This document shows, piece by piece, positions 37,475 through 49,847 of a DNA stretch of 64,000 nucleotides (the stretch's first letter is position 1; every line of letters begins with the position of its first letter). The position numbers were made by a program, and so were the translations under genes. Below the pieces are notes generated by a model. That model did not search any database. It was not told the origin of the DNA and was given only the letters and a program-made list of their open reading frames with translations. The DNA is from Lepidodermella squamata (lineage: Eukaryota; Animalia; Gastrotricha), in the NCBI GenBank assembly GCA_047495785.1, contig JBLDXI010000002.1:682001-746000 (forward strand), written 5' to 3'.

Positions 37475-39677
37475 TTAAATATTATAATTACTTCGTGTTG
37501 CATCTTCGACAACAATATGAGGTGTCATAAATTGCGTCTCCTCGGTTGAGCCAATAGTCGCCGTGCCCTCAACGCTTTGCGAGTTGGTTATCGAAAACTC
37601 GGACTCGTTGATCGTATTTAGCCGGCTCATTTCTTGCGGATAAGTCGAGCACTCGATAACCTCGTACCGCTCGCGTGAGTACTCGCTCGATTCGCGGCCG
37701 CTCGATTTGAAAGACCGCGATGCGTCATCATCACTGCAGCTTTCATCGTCTTCGACAATGCCGCTGCTACTGACTAAGTGGGCGCCGTAGTGGTCGGCCG
37801 ATTCCAGGTGCCGGCTGCGTAGTTGAGCGCCTCTCAGGGCGGCGATTACTGGCGGTGATTTAGGGCGTTTCGATGGAACGCAGCGGCTACAGCAGTGGGG
37901 CATGTCGCATTTGCAGATCCATAGGAAGATGACGAGGCCTATGACGCCGATAAGGCCGACGAGTACCATGCCGCCGAATGCAACTGATTTGAAAGACCGA
38001 TCTAAGCCTTCCTCAAACGTATCACCGTAGATTTCCTCTGCAAAAATAATCGTAATTTTATTCGCAAAAATTGAGGAAAAATTGAGGAAACTGAGGAAAA
38101 TACCGATAATTCCCGAACCAGTATTTCGGTATTTTTCGGGGTTTTTTTTAATTGCAATGGCGAGGTCCCGAACGAAACAGTTTTAGTTACAAAAAAATGA
38201 AAAATTTCTTGAAAAATCTAAAAAAAACTCAAATTCTAGAGAAAAATGTCCCAAAATGTCCCAAAATTAGAATAGATCAAATGAATAATTTAGATGAATT
38301 AACATCGTAAAAATCAAAATTTAAGAAGTTTATTTTCATTGAAGAAAATTCTTGGCGAAATAATGAGGTCACTTGACCTCATGATTTTGACCCAATTCGT
38401 GTTTTTATTATGTCCAATTTTGGTAGAAAATATTCTGAAATTATTGTCCTCACGTTTTTCTGTAACAGCCGCTGCGGTGGTTAGTTCGCTGACCAGCCTA
38501 TCGATCGTGAAAATCGCCGCCGTTGGGCCGTTGCCGCTCCAAGCCGCCAGCCCAAGATACAACGGCTCTTTGTTCTCACTCAACAGGGTGCGATCAAGCG
38601 TGAACAGCAGGTCACAATCGACAGCATCATCCTTCGTATTCACCTCTGCGTAGACCTTGCCCTCGGGTCCAGACCGCTTTTGAATGACTAAATAATAACT
38701 ACGGTGCGATCGCCATTTTATCGAGCGTTGGACAATGCAACTCCGCTGTTTTGCGCTGTCATCTTCGACATTGCTGATGTCTTCAATATCAGCGAATTTC
38801 AAGCCAGAAATCGCGTGTAATCGATAACGTGGTTTCTAAATTCAATAAAAATGACATCATTAACAAATTTAAGTTAAATTTTGAAAATTAAAATTTTATT
38901 TTGAAATTAAAATTAAATTTTTTGAAAATTTGAAATTTTTTGAAATTATTAAATTTCAAAAATTTAACAATTAAAATTATAAATAATTCAAAATTAGATT
39001 ATTAATTATTACCTCTGATAATGAGCCATTGTCCTTAATGACCCAGTCAGCGTCGAAAAACACGCCGACCCCGGTAAAATTGCGCTCTCTGACCCCGCGC
39101 CTCAAATAATCGCGCCTCGCCTCGAGTGTGGTTAGCCAAACGGCCAAACCAGCGTCATCTGTCAGGCCCGAACTCGTTATTTGAATCGAAACTTTGAGCG
39201 TCCACGAGTTTTGCTCGTTCAAGATTTCATCGGAAAGTGGAAGGCGGGTCCATATCGAACCGGTTGGGTCGTTGCTATGGGTCAATTGCAGGTGACCTAG
39301 TTCAGACGCATCAGGAGCCCCAGATTTGTCCCAACACTCACCTATTAAGGAAAAATTAAATTGCAGGAAAGAAATCGAATGAAAATTTGAATTTAGCTAA
39401 AAATTGGTAAAATAAATTTAATGAGAGAATAAAAATGGCAAATTTAGGTCAAAATGTGGGAAATTGACCTAATTACTGGCTTATTTGCCAATAAAGTGTT
39501 GAACGGCTTTTTAAGGTGGACATTTAAGGTAGATTATGACTTACTCGAGAAATCAGCTTCTTTCTTGTGGTAAAAGTTTAGGAGGCTTGAGCTCGAACAC
39601 GTTGTAGACGCCGCTTTGTTGACAAATTGCGCCAATACGTTAACAGCGGCCAAAATCGCGACAGGGTGATACAACAT
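37475..39677 (-). CDS. L-type lectin-fold single-pass membrane protein, paralog of 10977-13114 (multi-exon)
   Basis: ECWDKSG, LQLTH....GSIW, DDAGLAVWLTT, FTGVGVFFDAD (cf. ERGIC-53 GVGIFFD) and LYLGLAAWSG, then a TM, WICKCDMPHCC and a long tail. Confidence 0.75.
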
Positions 39678-40232
39678 TGAGGCGACGTGATGTGCAATGA
39701 AAATTCTCTGCTATTTTCTTCGCCTTTTTTGACGGCTGATTTGAGAAGAAAAATAAAATTCCGACGCTGGTTTGGCAAGTCTTTAGTTGGGAGCTTCTAT
39801 AAACATGCTGGTGTGCTGCCGAGGCTGATGTTTTTCGCTCACGTGCGTAATAGTATATTAGAAGCTTGGGTGCACACGCGTTTGAGATGAATAACTTGTA
39901 TTGCTATACTGCGTGTACAAGTCTAGCACCAAGATGGCGTTTTTTTTCACTCCCGACGACCTTCGCCACCATCAGCGCTCGTAAATAACAGGCTCATTTT
40001 CGCCGGTATTAACACCCGTAAATTACAGCGTTTACCACGTTATGTGTTACATCCACTTGAGAAAAAACGCTATTGGGAAATAATTGCTCTTCCCAGAAGC
40101 CGTGTTGATATAAAGCGTGATATCAATAACACGAAAACATTGAAAACACTAATCTCATAGCCATAAAGGTGGTTTTTGAAGCTTAGGGTCTTGAAATGAG
40201 TTGGAAATAAAAAAATGAAAAATCCAAAATTA

Positions 40233-40400
40233 CCGTATATTCCGAAATAGCGACCCACGCTCGAAATTGTAACCCATCCTGAGTAATTATCCCAATTAAA
40301 AATGGATTCTTGTGAGTATCGTTGTGAGGAGCATTTTATGTCTGTGTTTGGACCGCTTTGAAATAATAAGAATACGGGTAAATTATTTCGGAATATACGG
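40233..40400. mobile_element. Short MITE (168 bp) with TA target-site duplication
   Basis: TA|CCGTATATTCCGAAATA ... TATTTCGGAATATACGG|TA. Same CCGT termini as the 34885 element. Confidence 0.75.
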
Positions 40401-41240
40401 TATACATTTGAGACCTGAGACTGATAGAAAATTATGAATGGAATTTAATTTTCAAATTTTAATATTCATAATCCTACCTGAATCCAATCGGAAGCATCGC
40501 TGAAAGCTGATTATAGTCCAATTTTAGTTCATTTGAACATGACCTTTATGTTTAGCAATTTGGTGATTTTTTAATTAACACTTTTTATGGTGTAAAATCA
40601 ACCTTGAACTGATTGATGCTCCCAATTAATTATTTTGAAATTTTTAAAATAAAATTCGAATATCCGAAATATTCCCTAATCGAAAAGCTGGTTCGTAGTT
40701 TCCTTTCCAAGATCTTTTATGCTAACCCGTTATCCTTGGAACATAATGGAATAAAATATCTAATTATCTTATAACCCCTATAGTAAAGGTGGGCAGAAGT
40801 GTAACAGAAAGAAGTATGAATCATCAGGTGAGTGACCTCATCACGAAAAAATAATTATTCAAATCAAATAAAAAATTCAGAATTATCCGGAATTTTACAG
40901 AATTTGCGAAAATAAATTGGAAAAATTTCCAACTTCCAATTAACGTCAGGGTTTCATTTATTAGGAAAAAATATAGGATTCACCCAGTTTCGGACAAATT
41001 TTACAAGTTTAAAATTCTACTAATTACGTGAAGGTTTCCAGAATTTTTTCAAACCTTGAAATACTTTATTTTTGAGAAGAGCAAGACTTTTCCGTTTTGT
41101 CTGATCTGGTCCTAATCTGGTGCAATTAGGAAAATTAATTATTTTTCAATCAAATAAAATTCAAGCATCATAATTTAATAAAAATTTTATTAACATTAAA
41201 TCGTCGAGTATAACAAATTAAAACATGGATTAAACGAAGA

Positions 41241-41795
41241 TCAGCTATGTGACTGAGCACGACGTTTGGCAATGGCTGCCGAGGATGAAGACGATGCCGA
41301 GCTGGAGGCCGTTGATATATGCCTAGTAGGAACCCCATTGCCGTTACTGCTTGTTTTCGCATGCCAAGATTCGCGAAGTCTCCGCGTCGGCTTCTTATAG
41401 ATCATCATTTTCTGGCCGCCAGACGGCGATTTTATCAACCCGATTTGCTCCTCCAGGAACTCCTCCGACTGCTGGCGACTCGTCGCATTTTCAACACTCG
41501 CGTAAATATCAACCTGGTGATCGGTTGATTTTAGCCGCCGTTTTCGGCCCCATTTGAAGAAGACGTAAAAACTGCCGAAAATTGCAAACAGGCCGAATAG
41601 AACGACGCAAGAGCCGAAAATCATCAGTTTCGCCGTATCCCAGTATTCATCCTCCTCGGCAGGTGTCATCGCGTCATCGTCATCATCAACCGAAATTGTC
41701 GAATTTGAGGTCGAATTGGAAGAAGCTGCAACATCGTCATCCGCCTTAATTATCGTAAATACTGTGACCGCTTGGAGAATATAAATTATTGCCAT
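41241..41795 (-). CDS. Small uncharacterised type I membrane protein (signal peptide, acidic/Ser-rich ectodomain, TM, basic tail)
   Basis: 184-aa intronless ORF with coding-like composition inside AT-rich flanks. TM LMIFGSCVVLFGLFAIFGSFYVFF followed by KWGRKRR. Confidence 0.65.
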   Translation of the reverse strand: MAIIYILQAVTVFTIIKADDDVAASSNSTSNSTISVDDDDDAMTPAEEDEYWDTAKLMIFGSCVVLFGLFAIFGSFYVFFKWGRKRRLKSTDHQVDIYASVENATSRQQSEEFLEEQIGLIKSPSGGQKMMIYKKPTRRLRESWHAKTSSNGNGVPTRHISTASSSASSSSSAAIAKRRAQSHS

Positions 41796-42437
41796 AAACT
41801 GCTATAATAATTAAGGCAGAAATAAAAATATTGATTTTCATAACGGTGAGAATAACCTACTTAATGAACCATTTTTTTTCGTAAAATTTTTCACCTCGTG
41901 AGAAAAAGTGAGAAAAAAGCTCTATATACAACAGTCAAAAGAAATCAAGTTTTTATGTAAACAAAAACGTTGCGTGAAGAGGGTGTTCACAAAGTTGGAT
42001 CAAGATCCTGGCTATATACATATCGGATGAAAACCGGCGGAGTTTGTATAGTATAGTATAAGCTTTTAAATGTATTATTTAACGGGTGTTAAAATTTTAT
42101 TTGGCGGTGAACCCTATTATTATAATGCATTTATCACGTCGTTCGCACTTCTACCTAATAGGGCTTCAACGCGTGTCATGTGCATTATGACGAAAAAAAT
42201 GTAAACGCGCGCGACGTCAGGTGATAATCGCTTGCTGGTAAAAAAAACCAACGCGTAACCATAGCACGAACCCAAGTATAGTTACACCAAACAATTCCTA
42301 GCAACTACCTGTATAGGATGCGTATAAAATAATCAATTGATGACCATTTTTCCTATTAAATTATTGATGAAAATGAAAATTGAAATTGACGGATAAAAGA
42401 GCGTGTGGGGCCAGTTTAGGGATAAAATTCAACCTGA

Positions 42438-44412
42438 ATGGAAAAAATGATGATTTTACTCAGCCTTGTATCAGCGATTTCTTTCACCTCAGGTATTTTT
42501 AGAATAAAATTAAAAAAAAATCGAAATTCTTGAAAATATTGAGCACCTTAAGTTGAGTTTTAAAATTATTGGTTTGAAATTTTAATAATTTTTCAAAATA
42601 CCAATAAAAATTAATTTGTTTTATTTTTAATTAATTAATAAACGAAGCGCCTCTTTGGCTTTATCTTCATATTGTTTCTTTATTTCAACTACTTGTGAAT
42701 AATTTTTCAACTTGAACTTTTTTAAGGGTTTCCAGGTTAGGATTAAGGTTAGGTTAGGACTAGGGTTGGGCTTAGGATTGGGCTTGGGCTTAGGGTTACA
42801 GTTAGTTTCAAAAATAGTTGAAAGATATCCATAATCATATACAAATCATGTAACCATTTGAAAATTAAAAAATTCGAAATCGAAATTTTCAAAAGTTCAA
42901 TTTCAATTTTACCCTCTTTCAATTTCAGTTGCGGCAGTCATTCCAAGTCTCATACCAGGAAGTGCTATTCCTATTGTCGAATTGGACGACCTATTGGACT
43001 GCCGCTATGTCCGGCCAAGTGTCCGAGCCCCTGACCCATCCGCGCCCACCCTAATCGACATGACCTTCGACATTGACCGGCTGCTCGGTATATCCGACCT
43101 CAGCGAGACCATCTCAGTCACAGCCTCGATCTACCTGCAATGGGGCATCAGAACCTGCCCGGCTAATACGACAGCTTCAAGTGTTAGTACTGAAGAAAGG
43201 GTCGTTGCCCTGAATAGTTCCCAAGTCTGGCATCCAACGCTAATGTTCGCAAACTCTTCGAATGACGTCTATCTTCAATCTGATAGCTACGGCGATGATA
43301 TGCAAATTTTGTACCAACCTGCGACGCCGAATAGGACGATTTATTTCTACTGGACCAGGTTGGGAAATTTCAACTCGAAATGCGAGTTGAACCTTCGCCA
43401 ATTTCCTTTCGACCACCAAACCTGCGATTTCACCTTCGTGCTGAAGGAACCAAGCGATTTTGTCATTTTCAACAATCTCGTCGTAAAAAATCCGGTCATG
43501 TCCGAAAACGGGCAGTGGGGCTTGGCCTCGAGTACCAGTGAAATGGGCCTTGTCGAATCAAGTGTAGTTCGCAACGCCCAGGCCAGCTATGCCATGATTC
43601 GGATGAAATTTGATCGGAATCCGAGCTATCACATCAACAATCTTCTGGCGCCGTGTTTTGTCCTCATGATCTTGGTTATTGGGTCGTTTTTGATGCCGCC
43701 TGGTGATCCTGATCGCCCAGTCATCTGTTGTACTGTGAGTACATTTTTTGATAAATTATTGTAAAAAATCAGCTTTCATCATTCATTTTCTTGAAGCTGT
43801 AAAATTTCCATAAAAACACAAAATTCGGCTATTCCGATAGTGAAAAAATCACTGATTTGTAAAATCGATACTCAGAGAATCGATATCGGCTCAGCCGGCC
43901 AAAGTTTCACCCAAAAACTCATCGCTCTTCCTTAACTCTAACCCTAATCCTAACCATAACCCTAGCCCTAACCCCAACCCTAACCTCAACCCAATTACTA
44001 TTGGCCTCAAATACGTAGCTGAGATCAATGGACCAAATTTAAGCGGACCAGTGTTACAAACTAGGTGTGAAAATTTTGAAAATTTAATGTCGGGATTCTT
44101 TTTCATTTTCTGCAGATTCTTCTTGCATTTGTTGTCGCACAATCAGATGTGCTGAAAGAAGTTCCTCACACGTCTCAGCGGATTCTACTCGCCGAATACC
44201 TGAGCTTTTTCACCGGCCTAACAGCCGCCATAACCATCTACGACATGGGCATGTGCTGGTACGCTCGTTCGACGAAAAAGTCAACAACAACCGTTCGTTT
44301 AATGGGCAAAATCAACTCGTCAATAGCACGCGGCTTCGACCTGGCTGCTTTCTTACTTTCCGTCGACCTTTTCCTTGCCATCAACATTTACAGCATGACA
44401 ATTTTTCTGTGA
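42438..44412 (+). CDS. Orphan Cys-loop (pentameric ligand-gated ion channel) subunit 1 (exons 42438-42492, 42929-43734, 44116-44412)
   Basis: Signal exon, VWHP.L, Cys-loop CELNLRQFPFDHQTC, pre-M1 RNPSYH and M1-M4. Introns keep frame. Confidence 0.85.
42725..42805 (+). repeat. Degenerate TTAGGG-like repeat tract in intron
   Basis: GGTTAGGATTAAGGTTAGGTTAGGACTAGGGTTGGGCTTAGGATTGGGCTTGGGCTTAGGG. Confidence 0.75.
43930..43995 (-). repeat. Degenerate (CCCTAA)n-like tract in intron
   Basis: CTCTAACCCTAATCCTAACCATAACCCTAGCCCTAACCCCAACCCTAACC. Confidence 0.75.
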
Positions 44413-44674
44413 ATTCTATTATTATCTTCTCCCAATTAAATTTTGGCATGAGTTGATTCGATAAAATTTCGATCCTTATTTTAGCCGCACACATTTTTTA
44501 AATTGAATGCGGAGGTCTGTGAATAAAGTGGAAACTTTTAATTCAATTAATTGTGTTAAATAATTAAATTTGAAATTTTTTATTCCCCATAGAACAGGAG
44601 ACACTCAGGTGGAGTGATCGATATTTTCCACTAGTGGCAGATTTCACAATAATTTTTGAATTGTAGTTCTAGAA

Positions 44675-47600
44675 ATGGCCAGAATTTTGGTGTTGCTGAT
44701 TATGGCCTCAAGTCAGTGATTTAATTTTTCCGAGCATTTAATGTTCAGAAAATTGCTATTACAGGTTGCCAAGCTCAGACGCCCGTGCCTCAAACCAGTT
44801 TGATGCCGTTGTCAGGGTCGTACCAGACCTACAACTTCGTTTCCTCTCTGTCCTTTGATACAACAACGTATGCGCCAACTGTGACCAACTGGGATACTCG
44901 ATTAAGCGGAGCGACGATTAAATCAACAGGTGTGCAGCTGACACTCACAGGCGTTCAAGCAAATCAAGGCGCTTTTGCGTCCCGGAACCGTATCAGCAGT
45001 GCATCTGGCCTTAATTGGCGCGTCGAAGCCGGCATCTCTACTAATGTGACTGCTGGTAGTGTTTGCGGGTTGTTGGGCATCGCAATCACAGATATAGCAT
45101 CACCTCCAGTTCTCAGTAAGTTCTTAGTTATGCTCAGGATGATTCATCAGATGACATCAGACGTAGCGAACTTTAGAAAAAATTATGAATTTCCTAGCAT
45201 TCGCTCGAAAATGCTGAACTGTGAAGCATAGGGAAGCTTTGGCATAGATATTCCCAGGTTTTAATGAAACTTTTGAGAATTTTCGGCTATTCTTGGGCAT
45301 TTTGATGCAGGTTACATTCTGAAGGATGATTGCTGATTTTTGTTCCAGATCCTGACAATACCATTTCGAATTATTGGGGTCATTACTATTGGCATCAACT
45401 GTGCACGAACGGGACAGCTTATGCTTCGGCGATTAGCCAGTCATCGGCTCGAAGTTCTTTCTCGCCGCCTGGAGCAACTTCTGACTTGCCAACATGCGCG
45501 GAGTGTGCTATGAACATCATCATGGTGAAACGGTTCCAACTTCTCATGCAGCTAGTTGGCGGTGAAATTACGGTATTTTAGACTGTTAACCATTCAAACG
45601 AAGTTTTTCAATCCCAAGTGTTCCCAAGGTCGCTCTGTTTCCAGACAACCTTGCTACGCCGATATTTTGCATATCTCGTGCCACTGTTGCAAGCACGACT
45701 GCTCTCATTGCAAGTGGGAATGCAGTTTTCACCCTGATCGGATTGTACGGGCAAGCTGCTTCAATAACTGTCGAACAGTTCTACTACTTCGAACTTTCCA
45801 ATTCTGGCGGAGTTTATCGTGAGTTTTCAAGATTTGAGCCACCAGTTTCTTTAAATATTTCATTTTAGCAATATCCATTTCGTCCCCGAATTCCCATTTG
45901 TTCCCAGTGCCGCGGAATGTCTCTTGGATTTATGATTCAACCCTTTCTTACAATGCAACAACCCTGGCTACTTCTAGTAATTTTAAGCCTCCGAATTTTT
46001 GCGGATTTTTGTTCATTTTTTGATCACAGATTTCCCTTACCAGCCGTTATATTCAGCTGCAAATAGTTCAACGGTCCTTGTGGCCACTGGGCCAGGCACA
46101 GGAGCATTTTTGAGCAAAAATGTGAGCAGAAATTCCAACTTGAAGCGAAACGGAAAAACAGCATTAAGGAGGACTATTTTTGTTAATTATCTGCTCTTTA
46201 TTCTTCTTGCAGGCTATACCTACTATCTACAGCGGTTTTCGATTCGAGGCCGACTTGACGCTCAGTTCCTTCACCCCAGCTGCCTCATCCATTGGGCTTG
46301 GTACGATGCTTGCCTTCTCCATTGTTGACAGCTCTGTCAAGCCTATAAACTTCCGTGAGTTCTTAGACCTTAGACCGAGAATATTAGGATTTCAATAGTG
46401 GATTTTAATAGTGGCAGCCAATGCAACTTCATCTTTCGCGCCCTATTACGCTATGACCGTGATTTTCCGTTTGTCGAGTTCGAGCTTCTTCGGCATATTG
46501 TACCAAAGCTCATGGACAAGCAATTACAGCACGTCGAGCGCCCTAACGCAGTGTTCGACATGCACAGGCCGATTGGACGCGAGCTCAATCAGACAGGCTC
46601 GTATCGTTGTTCAGTACTACAACGATCGCCTGTCTATTTCTTTCTGGCCAGTTTCGAGCACCTACCCCTTCGTTTGCATGACTCATGTTGCCCTTCCTGG
46701 TTTCGGCAATGTTCTAACCTATGGCAAGAATTACTTGCAAATCACAGAGTTGTGGACCGATCATCAAGCTCCGATATCTGTCGACAATTTTTCGTTCTTC
46801 AATCTTTACAAAGGTAAGCTTTGGGAATATCTAAAATTGAGTTGAAGCAAGCAAAATTTAGGAACAATGCCAACAACTGCTGGGACGACTTCGACCCAAG
46901 CCCCGACAACTACGGCTGCACTTATGCCGAATCAAAACGGCTTTCCTGTCCCGGCTTTGGTCGACGGAAACGCCATTCCTTTGGTCGAGATTACCGATTT
47001 GCTAGACTGCCGCAATATCCAGCCCTCAGTACGAGCCCCAGACCCAAGTCGGGCTACTAAAGTGTACATGTCATTCACAATGGATCGTTTGTTAGGCATC
47101 GAAGATCTGGACGAAACCATCTCAATAACCTCGACCATCTACCTGGTTTGGGGGGTTGAAACTTGCGCTTCCAATATCACGGCGCCGAATGTTACAGAGC
47201 GCGAGAGACTTGTAGTCACTGAAAGTAGCAAAGTCTGGCATCCAACTGCTTTATTCGCCAATTCAAGCAATGACGTATATCTACAGTCGAGCCAGTTTGG
47301 CGATGATATGCAAATCCTATTTCTACCAGGGTCCGCTTATCGCCAACTCTATTTCTATTGGACCCGCATCGGAACTTTGAATTCGAAGTGCGAGTTGAAT
47401 TTACGGAAATTTCCGTTCGACAGCCAAACCTGTGACTTCACGTTCGTACTGAAAGAGCCGAGTCAGTTTGTTATTTTCGGTGATGTCAAGGTCAAGACGC
47501 CGTATCTATCACCGAATAACCAATGGATCCTCAAAACGACTACGACTGACGTTGGTCTTATCGAATCAGCCATAGTTCGAAACGGCTTTTCGAGTTTTGC

Positions 47601-48039
47601 AAAAATAAGTTTCTATTTCGACCGAAATCCGAGTTATCACATGAATAACCTACTCGCCCCGTGTTTCATTCTGATAATTCTGGTAATTGGGTCGTTTTTA
47701 ATGCCGCCAAGCTCCCCGGATCGGCCTGTGATTTGCTCGACGATTCTGCTAGCTTTCGTCGTAGCGCAGTCAGACGTTTTGAAGGAAGTTCCTCACACCT
47801 CGCAGCGAATTCTTCTGGCTGAATACTTGAGCTTTTTCACTGGCCTGACAGCCTCTGTTACCCTGTACCACATGGGGATGTGCTGGTTTTCGAAATCGAC
47901 TAAGGAAAACCAATACCGTATAACGGTCTTCAGCCGGTTTGGTACAACTGCAGAACGCGGTTTGGACCTCGGCGCATTCCTGCTTACGTTCGACTTCTTC
48001 TTGATCATTAATGCGTACAGCTTCTCGATTTTCTTGTGA
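44675..48039 (+). CDS. Tandem L-type-lectin-like domains fused to a Cys-loop ion channel subunit (9 exons; ~907 aa)
   Basis: Exons 44675-44711, 44765-45115, 45349-45572, 45629-45818, 45869-45976, 46030-46121, 46213-46354, 46412-46813 and 46862-48039. All GT-AG, sum 2724 nt, open frame. Signal peptide, two internally homologous ~240-aa beta-rich repeats, Thr-rich linker, Cys-loop CELNLRKFPFDSQTC and M1-M4. Confidence 0.8.
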
Positions 48040-48877
48040 ATCTGCAGCAAAGTTTGACGCAAACAAATTCCTATGATTTATGATGAGACGTCTTTGAATT
48101 AAGTTAGGCTTATTATTTACCACAGCTATCTAAGCTGAGCTGACAGGCTCCCTGGAAAAAATTAAAAATATTAATGCTAAATAAAACTCACCGATGTTTT
48201 ATTGAGGTAGGTTGCAGCAGATTAATAGGTCAAGAAAAAAACTTAGCAAGATCGACATAATAAGTTGTTCACGGTCTATTGCAGCTGTAGTGGAAAGCGC
48301 CCCGCCAACTCAAAGGATTGCCGTTGGCGTTGGCCCTATGCCAGATGAATCGCACATTGTGTAAAATTCTTAACAACTGGGATTTTTCAGCGAAAATGTC
48401 TTAGTTAGAATTACTCGAATCGGGAAAAAGCACAATATAGAAATAGCAGCTGGCCTAAAACTGAGGCTGGGAAACGATCGATGCGGCTAAACTGAACAAA
48501 ATTCTTTAACAGTTTGAGACAGTCACGAGAAACGTTCTTGCTATAGAAAAAAAAATTAACTCTTATTCTATGAGTAGCCAGAAAAATCAAATAAACCAGA
48601 AAATTATTTATCCAGTAGGTTCTTTTCAGGCTTAACCTTAATTTTTATTTCGGAGTTCAATCGCGGAAAATGGGAGACACAGTATCTCAAAAACTCATTT
48701 CTCAAGATGTAAGATGGATTCACAGCTCAAAACGCCATTTCGTTCTATAAAGAGTAAAAGAAAGTAAACAAAGGATGAATCAGTAATTAGCCAAGCCTAT
48801 AGCTGTTCTGTCAGGCCTACACCAGTTACATTGAACGGCGGAGAGAGGTCACTTTGATTTTTTTCTTCCAAGCAGCT

Positions 48878-49587
48878 ATGTCTTTTTACGCTAAATTATT
48901 TACTCTGGTTCTTTTTATTGGGGTACTCCAGTCGGTAAATAATACTTCTGCAGGACGTACTCCAAAGAGAAATTGCACATCGGGATATTTAGAGTCTCGC
49001 ACTACCCAAGTTTATAAGACAAATGGAAGTTCACTTATCATCAACGCTACTACCCAGGAGCCTTCAACCACTAGGCTTGATCAGGTTTGCATTCCTGTAA
49101 AATCAGTGAATATTTTCCTAATTTCGAGCAGCAAGCACAGCGAGATCTGGACAATCGAATGATAAGAGCTGCGAACCAAGGCAATCTTAGCCAAGTCATA
49201 CTGTTGGTGGAAAGCGGCGCTAATGTGGATGCTGACGACGACTATCCAGGCGGGAGTGCTTTATCAGCAGCCGCAGCTAGGAGCAATCTAGAAATGATGG
49301 AATATCTACTCAAAAAAGGAGCCAGAGTCGATCATGGCTCCTTCCACGGATTCACACCCTTGATGTCGGCGGCCTATTCTGGGAATTTGACTGCTGTGAA
49401 GATGTTGGTGGAGGCTGGAGCGAAGATCGATCTGAGGGCTGGTTCCCACTGTGGAGCAGGCTGGTGCGACTATCACACGGCGTTAATGGTTGCTGCTCGT
49501 GGCAATAACCAAGCTGTTTTCAACTACTTGCTTAGCAAAGGAGCAAGTAAAACAGGCTGTAACTACAGTCTTTGCAAACAAAGTTAA
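48878..49587 (+). CDS. Signal-peptide-bearing ankyrin-repeat protein (exons 48878-49084, ~49132-49587)
   Basis: Hydrophobic leader MSFYAKLFTLVLFIGVLQS. A phase-0 short intron joins it to ankyrin repeats (GSALSAAA, GFTPLMSAAYSG, TALMVAARG). Confidence 0.7.
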
Positions 49588-49847
49588 CAAGCAAAGCTGT
49601 CTGAAGAACACCATGAACGATCCTAACTCATTTTGAAGCGAAGCTTAAGTATAGGTTAGGAATAAATGAATGAGAAAAAATGAAACCATTAGAGGGGAAA
49701 TCTCAGCTTACTAAGATTCCCCTCGAATGGTCTGAACATTTTCTCCGGAAATGAAGGATGAAGATTCATAAAACTCGTCCCAATCTAGTGCAAAGGTTCA
49801 ATTGCTTGAAGCGCTTACGCTATATTTTATTTTGATGAAATGACGCG

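Noticed and set aside
42725-43995. True telomere or chromosome-fusion site
   Set aside because: The tracts are short, degenerate and lie inside introns of an intact gene.
42438-48039. Assigning nAChR alpha gene symbols
   Set aside because: No vicinal cysteines or loop-B Trp, so orthology cannot be supported.
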